This document shows positions 1 to 6,673 of a DNA stretch of 32,000 bases, piece after piece. The stretch is from Saccharolobus solfataricus (lineage in GTDB: Archaea > Thermoproteota > Thermoprotei_A > Sulfolobales > Sulfolobaceae), in assembly GCF_900079115.1 (NCBI RefSeq), contig NZ_LT549890.1:2820001-2852000 (forward strand), written 5' to 3'. The notes under the pieces were generated by a model, which saw only the letters and a program-made list of their open reading frames with translations, did no database searches and was not told where the DNA came from. The translations under genes and the position numbers were made by a program. Every line of letters begins with the position of its first letter. Positions within the stretch are counted from its first letter, which is position 1.

Positions 1-1057
1 GAGTCTGGGGGAATGACGTCTTCACTTCACGGAACGCGCGTTCTTGTTCCACTCTTACCTCCCGATCGAGGAGATTCGAGAGGGAGACCGAGAACTCCCA
101 CAACTTTACCTTCCTCCAAGAGCGGATCAAGAACCAGACATTCAAGAGAAGATAGGAAAGCAGAACGAGAACCAATTCCTTCCTCACGTCACAAGTCCTA
201 GTCCTGATCCTGAACTCCTCAAGAGAGCGGAAGGCGTTCTCTATCCCCCACCTCTCCCTATACATCTCGGCAAGGACTATGGCATCATAAAGATCCATCT
301 CCTTCCTCACGAGGAAGGCAATAATCTTGCCGTCTTCCTTCCTCAGAATAATGAGATAAGCTCCACTCCCATGTCTCACGCAGAGAAATCCAGTATATCT
401 AACTCCGCCAAAACTCACATCCACATCTTGCAACATCCCCTTGTACTTCTTGTACATCTGGGCCTTGGCAGATATGACGAAGTCCAAGCCCAACTCCAAG
501 AGGAACCTAATCACTTCGTTCACCGCGAACTCCCTGTCCGCGAAGACCATGACGAGCCTCAGCTTGTCCTCCTCCAACTCCTTCACGATTACCTCCATCA
601 CCGCCTTGAAACCTTCAGCTACGTTCTTCACGGTCACTGGGATCACGTCCAAGAAGCTCCTCGTCCTCCCCAGGAGGAAGATCGCAGCTTGAACCAGTCC
701 CCACGACGTCCCCTTAGTTGGCTTTATCCTACTCAAGAAACTCTTGTCAGCGTGATATTGAGGTATGGCATGGAAGTCCACTGCTACCCTCCTGTCCCTG
801 ACTCCCCTTAACGTCATCCTTCCCATCTTCCTCAACGCATCCCTCACGTCCTCAACTTGAACCGCGTTCAACTTTCTCAACGCTCTTCTCCCATCTTTCC
901 CCAACCTGCTCAAGTAGCTCCCACTCGCCTTAAGCAAGGCACTGAGGAGTTCCTCAGGGAAAAGTATTTTAGTGAGGACCGAGTAAATTATCTTGAGGGC
1001 GGACCTGGCGAAGTCCCGGTTGAACTTCGCCGGTTTAGTTGTATTCTCATGTTTCAT
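1..1057 (-). CDS. DDE transposase of an ISC-type insertion sequence (ISC1217/ISH3-like, family tentative); the 3' end runs off the left window edge
   Basis: This is my own translation. The ATG is the revcomp of cat 1055-1057. Plus-strand triplets in register 2,5,8... contain no tta/cta/tca for 352 codons. The product is MKHENTTKPAKFNRDFARSALKIIYSVL...RRVAVDFHAIPQYH...LVMVFADREFAVNEV...EMYRERWGIENAFRSLEEFRIRTR, giving D, D, E blocks with a Y-x2-R-x3-E signature. It is absent from the supplied ORF track only because no stop codon lies inside the window. Confidence 0.85.
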   Translation of the reverse strand, partial: MKHENTTKPAKFNRDFARSALKIIYSVLTKILFPEELLSALLKASGSYLSRLGKDGRRALRKLNAVQVEDVRDALRKMGRMTLRGVRDRRVAVDFHAIPQYHADKSFLSRIKPTKGTSWGLVQAAIFLLGRTRSFLDVIPVTVKNVAEGFKAVMEVIVKELEEDKLRLVMVFADREFAVNEVIRFLLELGLDFVISAKAQMYKKYKGMLQDVDVSFGGVRYTGFLCVRHGSGAYLIILRKEDGKIIAFLVRKEMDLYDAIVLAEMYRERWGIENAFRSLEEFRIRTRTCDVRKELVLVLLSYLLLNVWFLIRSWRKVKLWEFSVSLSNLLDREVRVEQERAFREVKTSFPQT

Positions 1058-1161
1058 ATATTCAGGTTCGCCCTCGTATATACAAACTTTTCTCCAGAAA
1101 TTCTCATCCTCTCAACTTTTTCTGTATTCCATTCATCTCGTTTTTTACGCAAAAAATGAGA
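1..1161 (-). mobile_element. IS copy 1 (partial, ISC1217-like). The right boundary is unresolved and lies somewhere in 1100-1188
   Basis: It contains the transposase ORF above plus its 5' leader, with a TATA-like tttgtatata about 30 nt upstream of the ATG on the minus strand. GC is roughly 50-55% in sampled 60-nt stretches, against 35-40% elsewhere. I could not identify terminal inverted repeats. Confidence 0.5.
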
Positions 1162-2190
1162 TTCCCATACTGACGTAAACGAACCTCGTTAATTAACGAG
1201 TACCTTCGTCCTAATCCTCGTCGAAAGAATTTCGAGATCACGATAGAAGTTAAGGAAGAATACCTCCATAACCACTCCCCTTAAGGTTGTAGACGAAGCC
1301 TTACCTTCCCTAATCTTAACACCACTACCCTCAACCGGAAGTCCAGCACTACCAACACCCTTAACTAAGACGTCCTTCCTGGAAATCCAAGCCCTATCAG
1401 CCATTAACTTAACGTTATCAAATGAAAAGGCTAGATCACTCAACAATCCAACCTTGAAGTCCCTAACGAAATTAGTCCTCCTTTCCACAAGACCTTAAAC
1501 CCGAAGTAGGACTTACCGTGCTTCCTACCCCAACTACCCTTATACTTCCTAAAGGCTGTGAAGTTCTTGAGCCTGGAAGTAGTATAACCCATGAGGAGAA
1601 AAACGTCATTGAACCCCATCTCCTTAAGGTCAAGTGAGATCTTCTCAAGACCGTTTTGAAGACTCCTCTTTCCGGGGTAGGCCTCACGGAAGAATGTGTC
1701 AATTATGTAGTAGTCCTCGAACCTATCGTTTTTTCTCTCCCAACTTCAAGTTCAAATTCCCTATACTCGCTGATCACCTTGTTCAAAGCCTTGTTTAACT
1801 CATCCATTAGTGTTGTTCTCATTGTCTCGCCCTCTTGAATAACTGTTTGTTGGAGTTTCTTGTAGAAGAAGAATACTGTGCTCTTTGGTGGAACTTTCCC
1901 GCCCAAGAAGTCCATAAAACTCTTACTGTCCCTAATTTCTCCCTCCAAGTTATTCCAAGAGATGTCGAAAACGAACTTGATTAGGAGGACTTTGAGGAGT
2001 AAGATGACGTCCCACTTGGGCTTCTTGGAGTAAAGGGACTTAAGCTTACTCCTAAACGTTTCCCAAGGGAAGGATTTATCTATCTTGAGCAAGAGGTCCT
2101 TTTCAGTTGAAATTGCCTTTACCATAATATTATCTCATCCTAATTTCTTATTAATATTACTCATGAATTGCCATTTAATCAACTTGGATA
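1162..2190 (-). mobile_element. IS copy 2 (IS5/ISC1058-like, about 1 kb). Both boundaries are approximate
   Basis: It holds the transposase pseudogene above. Homology to the binding-protein 3' end starts about 2190-2198, which sets the right limit. GC is higher than in the flanking host DNA. I did not confidently find inverted repeats. Confidence 0.45.
1189..2125 (-). pseudogene. IS5-family (ISC1058-like) DDE transposase split into three frames by two -1 disruptions
   Basis: The N-terminal ORF 1703-2125 has the IS5-type N-terminal domain (VILLLKVLLIKFVFDISWNNLEGEIRDSKSFMDFLG...PPKSTVFFFYKKL). My translation of the next frame gives KNDRFEDYYIIDTFFREAYPGKR...SWGRKHGKSYFGFKV (first D, GFK block). 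ORF 1189-1488 gives VERRTNFVRDFKVGLLSD...LMADRAWISRKD...RGVVMEVFFLNFYRDL (second D and E blocks). The span of 937 nt plus 2 nt equals 313 codons. Confidence 0.7.
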
Positions 2191-2197
2191 ACGTCTC

Positions 2198-2428
2198 GTG
2201 TATCAAACTACCACAACTACTACCACAACTAGCACGTCCACCACCACAAGTACTGTTACTACCACAAGTGTTTCAACTACTACAAGTGTCTCCACGTCTG
2301 TAAGTACTACTACAGCTACTGTTACTACTACTGTCAGTTCATCCAACACTACACTATACGCCATAATAGCTGTTGTAATAATAGTCGTAATAATAGTGGG
2401 AGTGATACTAGGCCTTAGAAGAAGATAA
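2198..2428 (+). pseudogene. 3' remnant (Ser/Thr linker plus C-terminal TM anchor) of a paralogue of the binding protein at 14869-17001, truncated by the IS cluster
   Basis: The product YQTTTTTTTTSTSTTTSTVTTTSVSTTTSVSTSVSTTTATVTTTVSSSNTTLYAIIAVVIIVVIIVGVILGLRRR aligns with the last ~80 aa of the 710-aa protein. It also aligns at DNA level with the revcomp of 14869-15125, with substitutions and an indel in the Thr run. An in-frame taa lies at 2187-2189, and nothing binding-protein-like lies upstream. Confidence 0.8.
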
Positions 2429-2431
2429 AAT

Positions 2432-2469
2432 AAAAAGAAAGGGAAAAATAAAGATAAGTTTTTCTTTTT
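2432..2469. terminator. Possible bidirectional T-tract terminator between convergent genes
   Basis: aaaaagaaa (2432-2440) and tttcttttt (2461-2469) form an inverted repeat and give a T-run on each strand. A similar aaaa/tttttcttttt arrangement follows the intact binding-protein gene (14825-14868). Confidence 0.35.
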
Positions 2470-2471
2470 AT

Positions 2472-4734
2472 TTACTCTATTTGTACATTTGATAGAAATA
2501 TTCTTCTTTCCATAATGGGTTTCGTCTCCTTTATTCTGAATGTATCCTTAAGAATTATGTTTTCAGACGAATTTCCTATTAATATCTGATACTCGCCTTT
2601 CTCTACTACTAGTCGCATAAAGTTATCGTAAAACGCTAACGCTTCCATGGGTAGTGCGAATTTGACTCTTCTCTTTTCACCAGGTTTAAGATGAACTTTA
2701 GCAAATCCTTTTAATTCCTTAACTGGGTCTAGCAACGCTAGAAAAGCTTTTTGAAAATATATAGTTGGACTACCTCATCGCCTTCCATATTTCCCACATT
2801 TTTAACGTCAAGTAAAATGGTGATATAACTTAAAGGTCCAACCTCTTTTGGGGTAACTTCAAGGTTAGAATATTCGAATTGTGTGTAACTTAAACCATAT
2901 CCAAACGTAAATAGTGGAGATGAATGGAGCATAACATATGGTCTAAAGGAAGACGGTTTCCTACTATAATATAATGGTATTGCCCAGTATCCATTGGGAA
3001 CGTTATAGGTAATCGTCCACTTGGATTGTAGTCTCCAAATATTATATCTGCTATGGCATTTCCTCCTTCTTCTCCAGGGAACCATGCTTCAATTATCGCT
3101 TTGACGTAATTAATTATTGGTGAAAGGACCAAGGGCCTACCATTAATTAAAACTAAAATTATTGGTTTTCCGGTCTTATATAGTTCTTTAAGTAATTCCT
3201 CTTGAACTCCAAGTAATCTAAGACTAGCCCTATCGTTACCCTCCCCAGTGACCGCTTGATATTTCTTAAACTCTTCTTCAGAAGGAATATCTGTCCAGGA
3301 TAGTGGTAACCCTGATTTCTCACCCATGACTGCTATTATTACATCAGCTTGCTTGGCTATTTCTATTGCCTCGGAGAACCCTTCTTTCGATTCACCTGCA
3401 ATATCACACCCCTTTGCGTAAAGTACTTTGCCTTCTCCAACTTTTTTCGCTATTCCTTGGAGTACCGTTACTATCTCTATCCCGCTATCTATATTTAGGT
3501 GTCCGGTATAAGTATAGTCTCCTAACATGTTTCTTGGATCATTGGCATTTGGCCCTATCACTGCAATTTTATTAATATTCTTACTTAAAGGTAACATATT
3601 GTTCTCGTTTTTGAGGAGGACTATCGACTCTCTGGCAGCCTTTAACGCTAATTCTCTAGATTTTCGATCATCCAACCTTTCTGGAACTGCGCTTTCGTCG
3701 ACAAATGGATTATCTAAAAGTCCAAGTCTTTCTTTAATTCGCAAAACTCTCTCCACTGCTCTATCTATTATAGCCTCTGAGACTAGACCCTCCTTTATAG
3801 CAGTAACTAAAGGTTCACCGTAACAATCTATGGTCGGAAACTCAATGTCCACTCCAGATTCGAGAGCCAAAATAGCTGCCTCCATCTTATTTGACGCAAC
3901 CTTGTGTATTGCCTCTAATTGTCTAATACCATCGTAATCTGATACCACTATTCCGTCAAATCCCCATTCTTGTCTTAGAATATTAGTTAGTAATTGGGGA
4001 TTACCATGACATGGGACTCCATCAATTTCATGATATGCTGGCATAATTGACATTACTTTTCCTATCTTTACTGCCACCTCAAATGGGAATAAGAACGTTT
4101 CCCTTAATTCTCTATTTCCCACATGTACTTGTGCAATATTTCTTCCACCTCTGGAAAACCATGGGCTGCGAAGTGCTTTGCAGTTGCCACTAATTGGGTC
4201 TCACCTTGTAATCCAGTAATATATGCTAATCCATTGAAGCTACTAGATATGGGTCTTCCCCGTAAGTCTCTTCACACCTCCCCCATCTTGGGTCTCTGCA
4301 AACATCTAATACTGGAGAAAGACATTGGTTAACCCAATTAGCCTTCCTTGAGATCTTATGGTTGATGCTACATTTGTAAGTAATTCTGGATTCCAAGTAC
4401 TGGCTAGCCCAATAGCTTGGGGAAACGCTGTAGAAGAATATCCCATTAAGCCAGATAGACATTCCTCATGTATTATAGCTGGAATTTTGAGCCTGGTATT
4501 TTCCACCAGAAACTTTTGAACTTTATTCACCAGTTTTACGACTTCTTTTGGTTTTAGACCTAATCTGCTACCAGCTACTCTGGTGATCTGCCCTATTCCT
4601 AATTTTAGATATTTCCTCGCTTTTTCCTCAGAGAATTCCTTTCCCTCCATAAGAGCGTCTATTGGTATAGCTTGGAGTTGAGCTATTTTTTCCTCTATGC
4701 TCATCTGATTTAGGAGACTCTTTATAGCTGTCAC
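2472..4734 (-). pseudogene. GH3 beta-xylosidase/beta-glucosidase (XarS-like), with the reading frame broken five times
   Basis: Fragments 4306-4734, 4226-4462, an unlisted piece about 4150-4232 (GLAYITGLQGETQLVATAKHFAAHGFPE), 2890-4122, 2738-3085 and 2472-2735 join colinearly into one GH3 protein. Motifs include SPVLDVCRDPRWGRCEETYGEDPYL, GIVVSDY, NPSGRLPITFP, FGYGLSYTQFEY and VKELKGFAKVHLKPGE. The frame register steps 0,1,2,0,1,2. The span of 2263 nt plus 5 nt equals 756 codons. Confidence 0.85.
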
Positions 4735-4812
4735 GATATTAGAGTATCTGTATCTAGATTTAAGAGTTCTGGCTTACATGTTATATCTCGACTGATTTAA
4801 ATACTCTACTAC

Positions 4813-5595
4813 TTAATGACCTAACAATTCCCTTAAATAAGAGAGATATTTTGGTAACATGAAATCACCGTTTTCCAGTTCAGGATACCACATTTTCTCC
4901 CACTCGACTGATATGTAATATTTATACCCAAATCCCTTTAGATCCATAACTATTTTCTTTAGGGGAATAATCCCTTTACCCGGTTCAACGAATACTCTTT
5001 TATTATTCTTTATCACAAAATCCTTCACATGAACTTGAAATATTCTTTCAGATATTAAAGGGAAAACTTCCTCATGGGAATTGTTTGCGTAAATTACATT
5101 AGCTGGGTCATATACGAATCCTATGTCCTCCTCGAGCTCTTGCAATAACTTAACTATGTTATCCTTTTTAGCTAAACTGTCATGAGTTTCTATAAGAATT
5201 TTAACTGAATAATCTTCAGCTATTCTATTCATCCTATTTAATGACTCGGCTATTCTATGAATTGCACTTTTTTCAGAGAATTCTCCTCCATATACTCTTA
5301 CTCCAAGAGCATTCAAGCTATTAGCCATTTTTATTAACGTTTCCAATGCTTTCTCGTTCCTTTTTCTCTCAGATTCATCAGAAAAATGGAACCTAGTATA
5401 TCCTGCCAGATCAGATATTTTGATTGATGAGAGAATTTCTAACGCTTTTCTATTTATCGGGAACTCCGGTTTCAAATGTTTACCATCGTCTGCTACTCTC
5501 AACTCTAGTCCATCGAACCCAAACCTACTTACCCTCTCTACAACATCTTCTAAACTTAACTCTGGATAAGCCAAACTAGTGAACACGATTTCCAT
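4813..5595 (-). CDS. Xylose-isomerase-like TIM-barrel protein (sugar phosphate isomerase/epimerase or IolE-type dehydratase superfamily)
   Basis: A 260-aa ORF. The family pattern is FGFDGLELRV, ILIETHD, VYDPANV, QVHVKD and YISVEWE (metal-ligand style E/D/H/E blocks). Confidence 0.8.
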   Translation of the reverse strand: MEIVFTSLAYPELSLEDVVERVSRFGFDGLELRVADDGKHLKPEFPINRKALEILSSIKISDLAGYTRFHFSDESERKRNEKALETLIKMANSLNALGVRVYGGEFSEKSAIHRIAESLNRMNRIAEDYSVKILIETHDSLAKKDNIVKLLQELEEDIGFVYDPANVIYANNSHEEVFPLISERIFQVHVKDFVIKNNKRVFVEPGKGIIPLKKIVMDLKGFGYKYYISVEWEKMWYPELENGDFMLPKYLSYLRELLGH

Positions 5596-5615
5596 TGAAA
5601 TAGATTAGCAATATG

Positions 5616-5623
5616 TTTTATAA
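5616..5623. promoter_or_regulatory. Shared quasi-palindromic TATA box (TTTTATAA) for the divergent genes 4813-5595 and 5645-6553
   Basis: The intergenic gap is only 49 bp. The box centre (about 5619.5) lies 24.5 nt from the minus-strand ATG (5595) and 25.5 nt from the plus-strand ATG (5645). That is the spacing expected for two leaderless transcripts. Confidence 0.5.
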
Positions 5624-5644
5624 GTTTTCTACGAAGATAGAGAT

Positions 5645-6553
5645 ATGGATGGAGTTTTCCTAACCAACGTAACACCTTTCACCAAAACATTGGAGCTAGA
5701 CTTAGAAGGGCTAAAAAGAATCGTGGAGTTCGCACAGAACTCCGGGTATAAGTATATTGTGCCTTTAGGTACTGCTGGTGAATTCTCCTCTTTAACCGTT
5801 GAAGAGAAAGTTAGAGTTGTTGATCATGTGAGAAGAGCATTAAGTAAGGGCGAAATTATAGCTGGTGCCTCATCTACCTCATTTTTAGAAACTGGTGAGC
5901 TTTGCAAGAAATATAAGGAGATAGGTGTCGATAAAATTATGGTCTTACCTCCTTATTACTTAAAGGGTAATGAAAAGGGACTGATGGAGTATTTCTTTAA
6001 GGTGGCTGAACTATGTGATTCAACCATGGTATTATATAACAATCCATCATCAACGGGAGTGGATCTCTCTCCTCAACTAATAAAGAGATTAAATGATATG
6101 ATACCTAGTTTTAGGGTGCTAAAGGAGGCTAGGTATAATGTTGTAGAATTTAAGGAAGTGGTAAGACTAGTAGGGGATAAGATAGATGTAATAGATGGTT
6201 TAGAAGAGAGAGCGCTATTGGGTCTTGTTTTAGGGGCTAAAGGATTTACAACTTCAATGGGCTCCTTTTCCTCTTTACCCCTTATGATTTATGAGAGTTA
6301 TGAGAAAAAGAGGAATATTGATACTGCCATAAGACTATATGATCTGCTCTTAGAGTATAGGTCATTTATAAAACTCCCCTTGACAATGTCCCATTTAGCT
6401 AAGCTAGGGGCGTGGCTACGTGGTTTAATCTCAAGCTATGCTACACGACCACCGCTACCAAATTTGGACGATGTGGTAAGTGAGGATGTTAAGAGAAAGA
6501 TGATAGAGAAAATAAATCAAATAATAAGCTTTGAGAAAAATACTATAGAGTAA
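5645..6553 (+). CDS. DHDPS/N-acetylneuraminate-lyase family class I aldolase-type enzyme (DapA-like; a KD(P)G-aldolase or KdgD-like role is possible)
   Basis: A 302-aa ORF. The family blocks are LGTAGEF, VLPPYY, VLYNNPSSTG and a Schiff-base Lys candidate in FRVLKEA. Confidence 0.8.
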   Translation: MDGVFLTNVTPFTKTLELDLEGLKRIVEFAQNSGYKYIVPLGTAGEFSSLTVEEKVRVVDHVRRALSKGEIIAGASSTSFLETGELCKKYKEIGVDKIMVLPPYYLKGNEKGLMEYFFKVAELCDSTMVLYNNPSSTGVDLSPQLIKRLNDMIPSFRVLKEARYNVVEFKEVVRLVGDKIDVIDGLEERALLGLVLGAKGFTTSMGSFSSLPLMIYESYEKKRNIDTAIRLYDLLLEYRSFIKLPLTMSHLAKLGAWLRGLISSYATRPPLPNLDDVVSEDVKRKMIEKINQIISFEKNTIE

Positions 6554-6673
6554 GGCAGATTGTATAATGAACTATTGCACTAATATGAAGGGACTTCCCT
6601 TAGCCCCCAACAGGTTAAGACATATGCCATCATTATTACAAAGGTAAAACCATAATATACTCTTGCTATCACT

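Noticed and set aside
13-1178. Plus-strand ORFs 13-201, 44-811, 441-692, 857-1159 and 993-1178
   Set aside because: They are antisense or off-frame shadows of the minus-strand transposase. Their products are low-complexity (P/L/S/H-rich) with no motifs, while the minus strand gives a clean DDE transposase.
1472-1838. ORFs 1472-1702 (-) and 1656-1838 (+)
   Set aside because: They are in the wrong frame or strand relative to the IS5-like transposase. The homologous reading (IIDTFFREAYPGKR...FGFKV) is in the third minus-strand frame and is not listed because it lacks a start codon.
1102-2141. The direct repeat tctcatcct at 1102-1110 and 2133-2141, considered as a target duplication of IS copy 2
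   Set aside because: The implied element ends show no inverted repeats, and the right end would fall only 7 nt from the transposase ATG. It is probably coincidental.
2085-2303. ORF 2085-2303 (+), overlapping the IS edge and the Thr-linker remnant
   Set aside because: It is an off-frame reading of the ACN repeat tract with a proline/leucine-rich nonsense product.
2198-2353. Whether the ACN/AGY repeat tracts (also 14944-15117 and 26891-27031) could be a CRISPR array or a tandem-repeat locus
   Set aside because: There is no repeat-spacer periodicity. The tracts are in frame within binding-protein genes and encode the Thr/Ser stalk.
3366-3823. Antisense ORFs 3366-3575 and 3527-3823 inside GH3, with similar ones at 4123-4332, 6961-7372, 8087-8287, 11437-11718, 13711-13935, 14107-14289, 16358-16552, 17760-18086, 18367-18573, 19296-19523, 20174-20359, 22874-23128, 24508-24696 and 30459-30644
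   Set aside because: All lie wholly inside much longer opposite-strand genes that have clear family motifs. Their products are hydrophobic or low-complexity with no recognisable domains.
2472-4734. Programmed -1 frameshifting as the explanation for the split GH3 gene, by analogy with S. solfataricus fucA1
   Set aside because: Five separate sites would all have to be recoded, and they share no slippery heptamer. I keep it only as a remote possibility inside the GH3 finding.
6554-6673. Possible small RNA or tRNA in the convergent spacer between the DapA-like gene and gusB, and likewise in the other spacers
   Set aside because: I could find no cloverleaf-compatible stems, no C box (RUGAUGA) plus D box (CUGA) pair, and no conserved structure by eye.
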